A stretch of 64,000 nt of DNA from Candidatus Bathyarchaeota archaeon (lineage in GTDB: Archaea; Thermoproteota; Bathyarchaeia; Bathyarchaeales; Bathycorpusculaceae). Below the pieces are notes generated by a model. That model did not search any database and was not told the origin of the DNA. It was given only the letters and a program-made list of their open reading frames with translations. Positions 1-9,362 of the stretch are shown in pieces (position 1 is the first letter of the stretch; each line of letters starts with the position of its first letter). Both the position numbers and the translations under genes were made by a program. The stretch lies in the NCBI GenBank assembly GCA_963815095.1, contig CAWFFH010000003.1, positions 640,001 through 704,000 on the forward strand, written 5' to 3'.

Positions 1-1035
1 TTTACCATTAAACCTTATTGTGAAACCTGCAATTCAGAAGCAGAATTTGTCCGCGCCATAAGCTTTGTCGACGCGCCTGGCCACGAAGCTTTGATGGCTA
101 CGATGCTTTCAGGCGCAGCCATAATGGACGGCGCAATCTTGGTCATTGCAGCCGATGAACCGTGTCCTCAACCACAAACACGAGAGCACCTTGCAGCCGC
201 AGAAGTTAGCGGAATAAAGAACCTAATTATCGTTCAGAACAAAATCGACATCGTAGACGAGAAAAGAGCGATAGAAAGCTACAAAGAAATCAAAGCCTTC
301 GTCAAAGGCACGGTAGCTGAAACCGCCCCCATTATCCCAATCTCTGCCCAACGTGGAATAAACATCGATGTTCTACTAACTGCTATACAAACACTTATTC
401 CCACACCAAAAAGGGATGAAACCAAACCGCCAATGATGTTCATCATCCGCTCATTTGACGTTAACAAACCAGGAACAACCATCGAAGGGTTAGAAGGCGG
501 CATCATTGGAGGAACCATTGCCCAAGGCAAATTTGCCGTTGGAGAAGAAATAGAAATTCGCCCCGGCGTAATGGCTGAGCGAGAAGGCAAAACAGTCTAC
601 GACCCCTTAATCAGCGAAATAGTCAGTCTTCAAGCAGGCAATGATGACGTCAAAGAAGCCACATGCGGCGGACTAGTAGGAGTAGGAACTTGCCTAGACC
701 CATCCTATTCAAAAGCAGACGGCTTAACAGGCAGCATCGCCGGAAGAACAGGTGAACTACCGCCAACACTAACCGAACTCACATTGGAAACCCACGTTTT
801 AGAACGCGCCGTTGGAACCAAGGAACTTTTAAAGGTAGAAAAAATTAACCCTGACGAAGCTCTATTGCTCCACGTTGGATCCGCCGTTAACGTCGGCAAA
901 GTTATCTCAATCAAACAGAACATAATTAAAGTAAAGTTGACTAGACCAATTTGCGCGTTACCAGGCTCAAGAGTTGCCATCAGCAGAAAAATAACTGCAA
1001 GGTGGAGACTCATCGGGTACGGACTCGTAAAATAA
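1..1035 (+). CDS. eif2g: Translation initiation factor 2 gamma subunit (5'-truncated by window edge)
   Basis: Frame open from window start (SFVDAPGHEALMATMLSGA), NKID G4 motif, C-terminal RWRLIGYG signature. Confidence 0.97.
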   Translation, partial: FTIKPYCETCNSEAEFVRAISFVDAPGHEALMATMLSGAAIMDGAILVIAADEPCPQPQTREHLAAAEVSGIKNLIIVQNKIDIVDEKRAIESYKEIKAFVKGTVAETAPIIPISAQRGINIDVLLTAIQTLIPTPKRDETKPPMMFIIRSFDVNKPGTTIEGLEGGIIGGTIAQGKFAVGEEIEIRPGVMAEREGKTVYDPLISEIVSLQAGNDDVKEATCGGLVGVGTCLDPSYSKADGLTGSIAGRTGELPPTLTELTLETHVLERAVGTKELLKVEKINPDEALLLHVGSAVNVGKVISIKQNIIKVKLTRPICALPGSRVAISRKITARWRLIGYGLVK

Positions 1036-1039
1036 GCAC

Positions 1040-1480
1040 TTAGTCTTTTACTATTTCCTGTTTCTTTAGGAAATCGTGTGCTTTCTGCAACACATCTTTA
1101 GCGTTTTTGAAATTTAATTTTTCCATAGCATGCTTATAATCCAGCCAAATGAAGCCCACATGCTCAAAAGATAACTCCACTTTATCAGTATGCGTCTCGA
1201 TTATGAAGAACACGACTTCTTTATGAACGGTTAAGCCTTGGCGACGGTAGAAGTAAGCTATGGTTTCTTTAAAGCTGTCTAGGAAGGTAGCGTCGGTTAT
1301 GCCTGTTTCTTCTTGGAGTTCGCGGAGGACCGTTTCTTTTTCTGTCTCGTTGAGTTCAACATTGCCTTTGACGAAGTCCCAATGCCCCGCCGTATAATTG
1401 AGAAGAAGATATTTTGTTTGGTCTTCTTTTTTAATGAATACTACTGCCCCGCATGATTTCTCGCGAATCACTACATTCAC
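1040..1480 (-). CDS. NUDIX hydrolase, Ap4A hydrolase-like
   Basis: Nudix box GNVELNETEKETVLRELQEETG; GHWDFVKG and LSFEH motifs. Confidence 0.9.
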   Translation of the reverse strand: MNVVIREKSCGAVVFIKKEDQTKYLLLNYTAGHWDFVKGNVELNETEKETVLRELQEETGITDATFLDSFKETIAYFYRRQGLTVHKEVVFFIIETHTDKVELSFEHVGFIWLDYKHAMEKLNFKNAKDVLQKAHDFLKKQEIVKD

Positions 1481-1599
1481 CTAGCTGTTCTCAATTCATT
1501 TATTCTAGCTATTTAAAGTAATACTAAAAGCCAAGCTAAGCCTGCAAAACAAAATGTTTTAAGCACCCAAAACAACGTTAGAAAACAGGAGCATGCTCA

Positions 1600-2028
1600 G
1601 TGTCGGCTTTAACGCCTAAAAATATTCAACCTCTAAAAATAATTTTAGACTCAAACGCTCTATTTGTTCCGTTGGAGTTTAAGATTGATATCTTTGAAGA
1701 GTTGAAGCGGCTGCTGAATCGTAACGTAGAGTTTATTTTGCTTTCATCGGTAAAGCGTGAACTTGAGTTGCTTGCAGCTAAGGATTCATCTGGGATTCGC
1801 AGAGAGGCCCTTTTCGCGTTAAAATTGGCTGAAAAATGTAAGTACGTGCCGGTTGAAAACGATGAAAAGTTGACGACTGACGACGCTATTGTAAGGGTAG
1901 CTAAAAAATGGAATTCGCCCGTGTTTACGAACGATATACAATTAAAGAGGAAGCTAAGAGATATAAGTGTGCCAGTGATTTATGTGAGACAAAAATCGCG
2001 TCTAGACATTGACGGGATGATATCGTAG
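1600..2028 (+). CDS. PIN-domain protein (Fcf1/Utp24-like)
   Basis: IILDSNAL, TDDAIV, VFTND acidic PIN motifs; conserved position before rpoE'. Confidence 0.88.
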   Translation: MSALTPKNIQPLKIILDSNALFVPLEFKIDIFEELKRLLNRNVEFILLSSVKRELELLAAKDSSGIRREALFALKLAEKCKYVPVENDEKLTTDDAIVRVAKKWNSPVFTNDIQLKRKLRDISVPVIYVRQKSRLDIDGMIS

Positions 2029-2619
2029 ATGTTCAAACTAATTACTCTTCAAGACACTATTCGTATTCCGCCCGAAACCTTCGGTAAGCCACTTGAGAAA
2101 GTTGGCCGCGAACAAGTTAAACAAAAGTACGAGGGAATCGTGGATGAAGAATTAGGATATGTCATAGCAGTTACAGGTATAGAAGTAAGTCCGATTGGGA
2201 AAATTATACCTGGCGACGGCGCAACATTCCATAAAGTAATCTTTTCGCTATTAGCATTCTATCCGATAATTCAAGAAGTCGTTGAAGGCGACGTTGTTGA
2301 AATCGCTGATTTCGGCGCTTTCGTCCGCATTGGACCAGTCGACGCATTACTGCACGTCTCACAACTCATGGACGACTACATCTCATACGACGAAAAACAA
2401 GGCGTCTTGTTGGGAAAAGAAAGCAAACGTAAGCTAACAACAGGCGACCAAGTGCGCGTTAGAATAACCGCAGTATCTTTGGGCCGAATTGGAAGCTCTG
2501 GTAAAATCGGCGTCACCGCAAGACAACCATTCCTTGGCAAGTTAGATTGGCTAAAAATGGACCAAGCCAAGGGTGCACCCGAAAAGAAGCCAGCCGAAAC
2601 CTCAGAGAAGGCAGCATAA
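2029..2619 (+). CDS. rpo7: RNA polymerase subunit E' (Rpo7)
   Basis: IRIPP, IIPGDG, FGAFVRIGPVDALLHVSQ S1 domain, RQPFLGK. Confidence 0.97.
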   Translation: MFKLITLQDTIRIPPETFGKPLEKVGREQVKQKYEGIVDEELGYVIAVTGIEVSPIGKIIPGDGATFHKVIFSLLAFYPIIQEVVEGDVVEIADFGAFVRIGPVDALLHVSQLMDDYISYDEKQGVLLGKESKRKLTTGDQVRVRITAVSLGRIGSSGKIGVTARQPFLGKLDWLKMDQAKGAPEKKPAETSEKAA

Positions 2620-2633
2620 GAGGATTGAGTTGA

Positions 2634-2819
2634 ATGAGCGAAAAAGCATGTACAAACTGCCATAATATTACTAAAGATAACGTTTGTTCAAAGTGTAAAG
2701 CGACTAATTTTAGTGAAGATTTCAGCGGTCTAGTAGTAATGTTTGACCCAGAAAACTCTGCCATAGCAAAAGCGATGAATATTAAAGAAAAAGGTCGATA
2801 CGCACTAAAAGTCCGTTAA
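2634..2819 (+). CDS. spt4: Transcription elongation factor Spt4 (RpoE'')
   Basis: ACTNC...CSKC zinc ribbon, DPENSAIAK, GRYALKVR. Confidence 0.96.
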   Translation: MSEKACTNCHNITKDNVCSKCKATNFSEDFSGLVVMFDPENSAIAKAMNIKEKGRYALKVR

Positions 2820-2879
2820 ACTTTGGTTCGCGGTAGCTTCATAACCCACCGAGCATTTTCTATTTTATAAGGTCTAAAG

Positions 2880-3407
2880 ATGACAATAGCGTACACTTTA
2901 ACGCCTGAGCTTCGCATAAAATTAAAAGACCCCTTCGGCAACCTTATCCAAGGCACATCAGAAGAAACTATGACAAAAATGAAGGACCTGGTCGAAAAAG
3001 AAAAGCCGTCTAAGATAATTTCTGTTGGAGACATCGTTTCCCGTAACCTCCACAAACATAACATCGATCCACAATTAACAATAATTGACAATGTTTCTCT
3101 AAGAGACCAACCAATCCCCAAAGAAGACAGTGTGGAAAAAACATTTAATGTGGATAATCCGCAGGGAACTATAACCCAAGAAGCAATTGCCGCTATCAAA
3201 AAAGCGTTAGAAAGTAATGAGCACACCCACATCGTGGTAAGGGGCGAGGAAGATTTGCTTACGCTTATAGCGGTTTTGTATGCACCAGAAAATGCTTTCG
3301 TGGTCTACGGGCAGCCATATTTGGGCATTGTAATTGTTAAAGTAACATCTGAGAAGAAAGCGCACGTTAACGAGTTCCTAAACGCCATGAAATCTTCGAA
3401 AAGCTAA
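2880..3407 (+). CDS. GTP-dependent dephospho-CoA kinase (DUF359)
   Basis: SVGDIV, NPQGTI, GEEDLL, VYGQP motifs; conserved position between spt4 and S24e. Confidence 0.92.
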   Translation: MTIAYTLTPELRIKLKDPFGNLIQGTSEETMTKMKDLVEKEKPSKIISVGDIVSRNLHKHNIDPQLTIIDNVSLRDQPIPKEDSVEKTFNVDNPQGTITQEAIAAIKKALESNEHTHIVVRGEEDLLTLIAVLYAPENAFVVYGQPYLGIVIVKVTSEKKAHVNEFLNAMKSSKS

Positions 3408-3450
3408 ATAAGAAGAGTATTGTATGAATTTACGCCTTAAGTGAACACTA

Positions 3451-3762
3451 ATGCAAGTCAAAATAGATTCAACCAAGAATAACCCACTACTCAAACGGAA
3501 AGAAGTAGGTTTCACTATCGTTTCGGGTCCAAAAGAGAAAACTCCAAAACGATTAGATGTAAAGAAAGGTGTAGCCATTGAAATGCAAATAGGCGACGAG
3601 GTAGTTTTCATTAAGAGAATGCACACCAAAACAGGAACTAGCATAACTGTTGGAGATGCTAACGTTTATCAATCCGTTGCTCAAGCAAAACTAGTCGAAC
3701 CAGATTACATCAGGAAACGTAACAGTCCACCTGAAAAGCCAAAAGATGAGGCGAAACCATAA
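3451..3762 (+). CDS. rps24e: 30S ribosomal protein S24e
   Basis: NPLLKRKEV, TPKR, operon context. Confidence 0.93.
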   Translation: MQVKIDSTKNNPLLKRKEVGFTIVSGPKEKTPKRLDVKKGVAIEMQIGDEVVFIKRMHTKTGTSITVGDANVYQSVAQAKLVEPDYIRKRNSPPEKPKDEAKP

Positions 3763-4055
3763 TGCCAGTTAAACCAGCCCCAAAGAAAGAAGAACCAGCA
3801 AAGAAGGAAGAGGCAAAACCAGCAGCTGCAGCAGAAGCAGCGTCATCAGCACCGAAAGTTCAAAAAGCCGACAAGAAACGCGAAAAAAAACATAAAGAGG
3901 AAAAAGGCGTCCGCGCAATGTACAAAGGTGAAGGCGAAAAAGTTTCTAGGACACGACCAACTTGCGAACGATGCGGACCAGGATATTTCATGGGCGATCA
4001 CCATGACAGGTATACTTGTGGCCACTGTGGCTTTACACGATACAAGCAAAAATAA
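3762..4055 (+). CDS. rps27ae: 30S ribosomal protein S27ae with Ala/Lys/Glu-rich N-terminal extension
   Basis: CERCGPGYFMGDHHDRYTCGHCGFT zinc ribbon. Confidence 0.95.
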   Translation: MPVKPAPKKEEPAKKEEAKPAAAAEAASSAPKVQKADKKREKKHKEEKGVRAMYKGEGEKVSRTRPTCERCGPGYFMGDHHDRYTCGHCGFTRYKQK

Positions 4056-4107
4056 ACAGTAAGCAGTTTTAAATCTTCCAACTGCAATTATTCTTTTTTG
4101 ACCCATC

Positions 4108-4536
4108 ATGCTGAAAGTGAACGTAGTCATAACTAGCGTTTCTGCAGAACGATTCTGGGATATCAGAAAACCTGTTCCGCCCATTCAAATTAGCACAAAC
4201 ATTAACGTTGTTGGGATGGAAAAAAAGCAAGATGAATCCCTTGAGGTGCCGTTTGTTTTGTCGATTGTTTATAATCCATCCATTGCTCAGATGAGCTTAA
4301 AGGGGATTGCTTACGTAAACGGCGAAAAAAGCGAAGTTGACAAAGTTCTCAAAGATTACGATCAAAAGAAACCGCCGGCGCAAATAATAATCCAATCAAT
4401 ATCCAACGTTGTCTTCATTGAGTCAGTTCTTATTTCAAGAACGTTGAATATTCCGCCGCCAATTCCTCTGCCACAAATTCCTGAGACTGGAAAACCTGTA
4501 AGCACCAAGCCTGAGGGACGAGATTACAGCGCCTAA
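4108..4536 (+). CDS. Conserved archaeal hypothetical protein
   Basis: 142-aa ORF, beta-rich N-half, helix, then IPPPIPLP tail; normal coding composition. Confidence 0.8.
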   Translation: MLKVNVVITSVSAERFWDIRKPVPPIQISTNINVVGMEKKQDESLEVPFVLSIVYNPSIAQMSLKGIAYVNGEKSEVDKVLKDYDQKKPPAQIIIQSISNVVFIESVLISRTLNIPPPIPLPQIPETGKPVSTKPEGRDYSA

Positions 4537-4550
4537 AGAAACTACTGCCT

Positions 4551-4589
4551 CAGCAATTTCTTAGTTAAACTGAGAACCCGAAATTGCTG
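4551..4589 (+). terminator. Hairpin downstream of 4108..4536
   Basis: CAGCAATTTC (4551-4560) / GAAATTGCTG (4580-4589) perfect 10-bp inverted repeat just after the stop codon. Confidence 0.4.
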
Positions 4590-4994
4590 CGTTGCCAACG
4601 GTATTTTCAATCTTATTAATTACGCCAAATACAAATTTGTATGGTTTGGCACGTTCTTGATTGATTCTGGTTTCTAGATAATACGGATGCCTTACTGCTG
4701 AAGTCATGTATAGTTTTTCGATTTGTGCTTTGGGATGCAAAGACGAATTAAAATGGAAGACCTCGTGGCTATCTCCTTCTTCAAGCTTTAGGGCGGCGTA
4801 AACTTCGAAGGCAAATACTGAACCGGTGCTTAGAAAGGATTTGTAAACGAATATACAATACTGAGTTTAGGGTCACTTCAAGCGGGTTTTAGCGTTTTTC
4901 ATCAGCAATTAAAATTTTGAAAAAGGGTCATTCAAGTTTATAGTGTGCTAAATCATCAACAAAACAAAGAAGAAAATAGAGAAAAAGAAACAGT

Positions 4995-5399
4995 TTATTT
5001 TAGTGGCACATACATTGACGAACGTGACGCACCAATACCAGGAGTTCCATGTCGGACAGGCTTGTTGGTTATAGCGAATTCGCCTAGGTAGTGTCCAATC
5101 ATTTCTGGCCTGATTTCCATTGCAACGAATTCTTTACCGTTATGAACACCAATTTTTGCTCCCACCATCTCTGGAAGAATGATTAGGTCTCGGACGTGAG
5201 TTTTAATGTTGACGTCTTTGCCTTCTTTTTGAGCTTCTTTGGCTTCGCGTAGTTTCTCGAGCAGTATCCGTTGTTCTGCTGTTAGTCCGCGTTGTAGGCT
5301 TCTTCTTTGGCGTGAGGGAAGCATATTGATGAATTCATCCATAGACATAGCTGTTAAACTGTTGAGGCTGTGTCCACGGAAGCTAAATTCTTTCGGCAT
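4995..5399 (-). CDS. rps19p: 30S ribosomal protein S19 (uS19)
   Basis: [46 protein letters not shown]. Confidence 0.98.
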   Translation of the reverse strand: MPKEFSFRGHSLNSLTAMSMDEFINMLPSRQRRSLQRGLTAEQRILLEKLREAKEAQKEGKDVNIKTHVRDLIILPEMVGAKIGVHNGKEFVAMEIRPEMIGHYLGEFAITNKPVRHGTPGIGASRSSMYVPLK

Positions 5400-5442
5400 T
5401 TTTCATCTTCACCTAAACTTATTTTTCCTCTATTATAGTTTC

Positions 5443-6183
5443 CTAGCGAATTGCCCGTTTCTTTTTCTGTCCTGGACCCCTAGCTGCGATCAATCCGACT
5501 TTCTGTCCTGGCGGTGCACCGTGGGAGGTTGTTGTACATCTGCGAGAGCTGCGTTTGCTGCTTCCGAATGGGTGACATGCTGGAACCATTTTACGACCGC
5601 TAGTTCTCGGGTATGAATGACCTTTAGCTTTCATTAAGTGGAACTTGGAGCCCGCCTTAAGGAATGGCTTTTCGATTCTTCCAGAAGCAGAAATTACACC
5701 GACAGTCGATAAACAGTAATCGTCAACATAGCGTGTTCGACCAGAGGGCAATCGAATCATAGTACCTTGTGGAGTGTGACCGACAACAGTGGCGTAAGCG
5801 CCTGAAGACTTTGCCATTTTTCCTCCGTCACCTGGACGAAGTTCAAGATCGCAAACGATTGTTCCTTCAGGAACTTTGCCCAAAGGTATAATGTTGCCTA
5901 TTTCAGCTGGAGCTTTTCCGCCATAGCAGATTTTTTGTCCTGTGAAAACGCCTTCAGGAACAACGGTATAAATTGATAAGCCATTCTCGAATTTGACCAG
6001 TGATAGTGGCGAACCACGACCTGGATCATGAACAAGATCTTCTATAGTACCGGTTAGTGAAAGCTCAAAGGATTGTTTGGGTGCTATTGCAGGATATTTT
6101 GCTGGAGCAACACGTTTGTGAGTGTTAGCGCGGAAGTTTCGTCCACCGCGACCACGTCTTTGAACACGAATTCGTTTTCCCAT
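5443..6183 (-). CDS. rpl2p: 50S ribosomal protein L2 (uL2)
   Basis: MGKRIRVQRRGRG, HDPGR, PGDGGK, APPGQKVGLIAAR. Confidence 0.98.
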   Translation of the reverse strand: MGKRIRVQRRGRGGRNFRANTHKRVAPAKYPAIAPKQSFELSLTGTIEDLVHDPGRGSPLSLVKFENGLSIYTVVPEGVFTGQKICYGGKAPAEIGNIIPLGKVPEGTIVCDLELRPGDGGKMAKSSGAYATVVGHTPQGTMIRLPSGRTRYVDDYCLSTVGVISASGRIEKPFLKAGSKFHLMKAKGHSYPRTSGRKMVPACHPFGSSKRSSRRCTTTSHGAPPGQKVGLIAARGPGQKKKRAIR

Positions 6184-6203
6184 AAGTCATGCCTTCAATA
6201 AGT

Positions 6204-6473
6204 TTAGAGTATTCCTAGCTTAATTGCAACGTCTGAAGCTTTGAATTCTGGTTTTAGCTTTACGAACGCTTTCTTTACGCCTTGTGGAGTAATGAGCATG
6301 TTTATTTTGCTTACTTTGACTTCGTAGAGTGTCTCAACGGCGCGTTTAACGTCGGTTTTGCCTGCTTTGAGGTTAACGATAAAGATTAGTTTGTTGTCTT
6401 TTTCAACCATTACGCTGGCGGATTCCGTCATTAGCGGAAAAGTGATTATATCATTAATATCCATTATATTCAT
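6204..6473 (-). CDS. rpl23: 50S ribosomal protein L23 (uL23)
   Basis: PLMTE, NKLIFIV, KKAFVKL, DVAIKLGIL. Confidence 0.97.
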   Translation of the reverse strand: MNIMDINDIITFPLMTESASVMVEKDNKLIFIVNLKAGKTDVKRAVETLYEVKVSKINMLITPQGVKKAFVKLKPEFKASDVAIKLGIL

Positions 6474-7249
6474 TCTCCATAAAGAGTGTCTAATTTTTCG
6501 ATAGCGCCATTAGTCCAAACAGTTAATCTTCCTGGATGAGTTCCAGGTGCGAGCATTTCAGTGTTAAGGTTAGTTACGGTTGTTACTTGTACGCCTGGAA
6601 GGTTACTTGCAGCGTTAACTAAGCTTTTACCATCAACAACCACTATTAGTGGGCCAACGGCTTGCTTCATCTTTCTGCCTCTCCGCTTACCTTTACCAGC
6701 ACGGATGCTACGGCTGTCGCGTACTCGAATCAAGTCCTCAGCTATGCCAAGGCTGGTTAATGCATCTTCGACTTCTTTTGCCTTCATTAATCCTTCAAGA
6801 GCATCCTCAACTACTAACGGAAACTGTTGAGCACTCCCGATTTTGTGTCCGCGGGATGTGATTGTTTCTTTTTGTGCTGTTGCTGCTATTGCGGAAATTA
6901 AGGCTAATTTTGCTTCTTTCTTTGGAATAGCGCGCAGTATTTTCTTTTCTGCTCTTGGTGGGTGAGGTTGTCTTCCTTTAACGGTGCTTGGAGCGAAAGC
7001 TGCTCTTCCACTGCCGCTTTTTATGCGTGGAACTCTTGCAGTTGCGCTGCCGGTTCCGCGTGATTCTGCAGTGGTTTTCTTTCCAGCCATAGGGTCTCTG
7101 CCTTGCTTCTGTCTTCTGTTAGATTGAATAGCTAAGACAGCACGTTTTATTACGTCGGGTCTCAGTGGTGTAGAGAAAACGCTTGGAAGCGCAATTTTAC
7201 CTGTTGCTTTGCCTTGCAAGTCAAAGATTTCTGCTGTTTTTTGTGCCAT
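6470..7249 (-). CDS. rpl4p: 50S ribosomal protein L4 (uL4)
   Basis: RPDVIKRAV, GRDPMAG, RAGKGKRRGR, LAPGTHPGRLTVW. Confidence 0.98.
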   Translation of the reverse strand: MAQKTAEIFDLQGKATGKIALPSVFSTPLRPDVIKRAVLAIQSNRRQKQGRDPMAGKKTTAESRGTGSATARVPRIKSGSGRAAFAPSTVKGRQPHPPRAEKKILRAIPKKEAKLALISAIAATAQKETITSRGHKIGSAQQFPLVVEDALEGLMKAKEVEDALTSLGIAEDLIRVRDSRSIRAGKGKRRGRKMKQAVGPLIVVVDGKSLVNAASNLPGVQVTTVTNLNTEMLAPGTHPGRLTVWTNGAIEKLDTLYGE

Positions 7250-7262
7250 GGCTTATTTCTCC

Positions 7263-8279
7263 TTATTTTCCTTGTGGGGACTCCAGCGATATATATGTGA
7301 CTTGTGGTGCTGCTTCTGGTGTTTCGGTGGGTGGACGTGCTGGAACTCTTAGGCGGATTTGGCGTTTTTCTGTTCCAGGTACGCTGCCTGCGATTAGGAT
7401 GTATGGACCATTTACTTCGCCGTAACGGACATATCCACCTTTTACGGTGACTTCTTTGCCGTTTTTGCCGATTTTTAGTATTCGTTTGTTGAATTCGATG
7501 CGTTGGTGATATCCCATTTGGCCTGCTCTTGGAATAGAGTACATTAAGTGGTGAGGATTCCATGGACCTAAAGTGGCGATTCCTCGTTTTGTTTTTCTGC
7601 CTTTATGCTGTAGGCAAGTTACTCCCCAACGTTTAACTGGACCTTGGAAACCTTTGCCAACGGTAATTCCACCGACATCGATGTATTGTCCATCTTTGAA
7701 GACTTCTTCAGGAGTTACGGTTTTTCCTAAGAGTTGTTTTGCATATTCGAATTGCTGTGCGATTGTTCCGCCGCCGATTTGGATTTCGCTTGTTTCAGGT
7801 TTCTTCTTTGAGAGACTGGTTTGTGATGGTTGTGTTGCGGCGATGACTCGAACTATGTCTGTTTGTTCGAGGTTTTGTGAGAGTTTCTCGAGCATTTCTT
7901 CGGTGTTAAAGTTATCTGGCAAAACTAGTTTTCGGTCTAGTATTGCTGGTGGGTCTTTCATCCATGCCTCTGTTATGTTTTTGAGCCCATATGGTGTTTT
8001 AGTGTAAGTTCTAATGCCACATACAAGGATAGGTGGCGTTTCAAGTATGGTTACTGCTCGAGCAACTTCTTTTCCGAAATGAGGAGAACGTTTACGGTCC
8101 TCGATTGTGAATACATAAGTCATGCCTGCCTTGTAGGCTGCTGAGTAACCAAGTAGTTTAGGAGATTCTGACTTTGTTTCTGGCCAGTATCTTATTCGTG
8201 CAGTTGGTTTCTTTGCACGGTGCCTTGGTAAATAGGCTAATGAACCATGTTTTGGAGCATGAGTTTTACGATGTCCCAT
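7263..8279 (-). CDS. rpl3p: 50S ribosomal protein L3 (uL3)
   Basis: Start re-assigned to ATG at 8279 (MGHRKTHAPKHGSL); YKAGMT, GKGFQGPVKRWG, GQMGYHQR. Confidence 0.97.
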   Translation of the reverse strand: MGHRKTHAPKHGSLAYLPRHRAKKPTARIRYWPETKSESPKLLGYSAAYKAGMTYVFTIEDRKRSPHFGKEVARAVTILETPPILVCGIRTYTKTPYGLKNITEAWMKDPPAILDRKLVLPDNFNTEEMLEKLSQNLEQTDIVRVIAATQPSQTSLSKKKPETSEIQIGGGTIAQQFEYAKQLLGKTVTPEEVFKDGQYIDVGGITVGKGFQGPVKRWGVTCLQHKGRKTKRGIATLGPWNPHHLMYSIPRAGQMGYHQRIEFNKRILKIGKNGKEVTVKGGYVRYGEVNGPYILIAGSVPGTEKRQIRLRVPARPPTETPEAAPQVTYISLESPQGK

Positions 8280-8936
8280 AGTACTTCCGCTTCGCGCCTT
8301 TACAAAATAGTGGGTTAAGTTATAAACGTTGCCATTAAAAACGCAAAAGTGATCGCAATCTCTGAAAAAGAAATTTAACAACTCTAGATTGTTTTCTTGA
8401 ATTATTAAAGAGTTTTAATTGGTTAGCTATCGCTAGAAAGGATAATTATTCTTGATATTTAAAGAATATTTGTTTAGCTTGATTGGTTTTGTTTGAGAAA
8501 AAATGGTTGAAAATTTCGTTGACCTTAAGAATTGGCATTTGTGTGCAATATTAGGTCTAGATAGTTGTTGTTTATATATTTGTTTATACATTTTGCATAT
8601 ACAACCAGATAATTTTTTAAATTATGGTATTTTTTGGGTGCTTAGGGCATCGTCTGGCTCAACCTATTAAGCCCTCATAAGGCAAAAAAGATAATTTGAG
8701 TTAGTTTTGAAAGTTGCAATACCTATGTGCAAACTCAATTGTAGCAGCAATTTCTATTCGATGTTGATTTGATTGGTTTCGGATTGGATGGTTTTTAGGG
8801 CTTTGGTGTTTGTGTGATTGAGTTAGTGTTGTGAATTTAGTTGTTTTTTATTAGGCTTGATAAAAGGAGCAAACCAAAATTTGACGCAGTTGAACTGAAA
8901 ACTCTTTTAGCCACAACACCAAATCATATGGCTGGA

Positions 8937-9062
8937 GCCGGGGTGGCGGAGTGGTTATCGCGCCAGCCTCGAGATCAAACAAAAGAGGGCTAAAGCCAGA
9001 AAATGGCAAGATAGCTGGTGGGCTTCGTGCTCGCAGGGGTTCGAATCCCTTCCCCGGCGCCA
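8937..9062 (+). tRNA. tRNA-Ser(CGA) with 39-nt intron at 37/38 (8974-9012) and encoded CCA
   Basis: Acceptor GCCGGGG/CCCCGGC, G73, CCA; anticodon stem CCAGC/GCTGG with CT-CGA-G; long variable arm; T-arm AGGGG-TTCGAAT-CCCTT. Confidence 0.95.
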
Positions 9063-9167
9063 ACAACTTACTTTTGGACAAATCCCTGGCCGCTCTGACA
9101 GGCTGGCTGTAGTTTTTAAGTTTCTCCGACCGAAAACGTACTTGTTATTTTGTTCTGAATTACTAAG

Positions 9168-9343
9168 TAGAAGTAGTCGTCCCTATGCCATATAGGAATA
9201 CTACTTCTATCTATCAGTTTCTTTGAAATAAGATCTAACTCAAGACAACGCAATCAAAGAGGTATAAGAAGAAGCGCCCCAGCAGCAACCTTCTTCTTCT
9301 CTTGAAAGGGTTATAGCCGTGCTGTCTTGTGAGTGGTCCTCAC
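9168..9343 (-). ncRNA. Putative structured RNA (tandem long hairpins)
   Basis: TAGAAGTAGT/ACTACTTCTA stem; CAAGACA/TGTCTTG enclosing AAGAAGAAG/CTTCTTCTT; GTGAG/CTCAC. Strand inferred from extra G-U pairs on the minus strand. Confidence 0.4.
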
Positions 9344-9362
9344 GTTTACTATATCAACAGGT

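Noticed and set aside
2026-2031. TAG immediately followed by in-frame ATG (PIN to Rpo7): pyrrolysine readthrough fusion?
   Set aside because: Both proteins are complete at normal length; simple translational coupling explains it; no pyl genes in the window
8280-8381. N-terminal extensions in the ORF track for L3 (also Elf1, PCNA, APH, L21e)
   Set aside because: Upstream TTG/GTG artefacts; conserved N-termini start at downstream codons
8851-9081. 76-aa minus-strand ORF
   Set aside because: Antisense shadow of tRNA-Ser
9241-9330. SECIS interpretation of the GAA-rich hairpin
   Set aside because: The GAA repeats are base-paired rather than in an internal loop, and no nearby gene has an in-frame TGA at a Cys position
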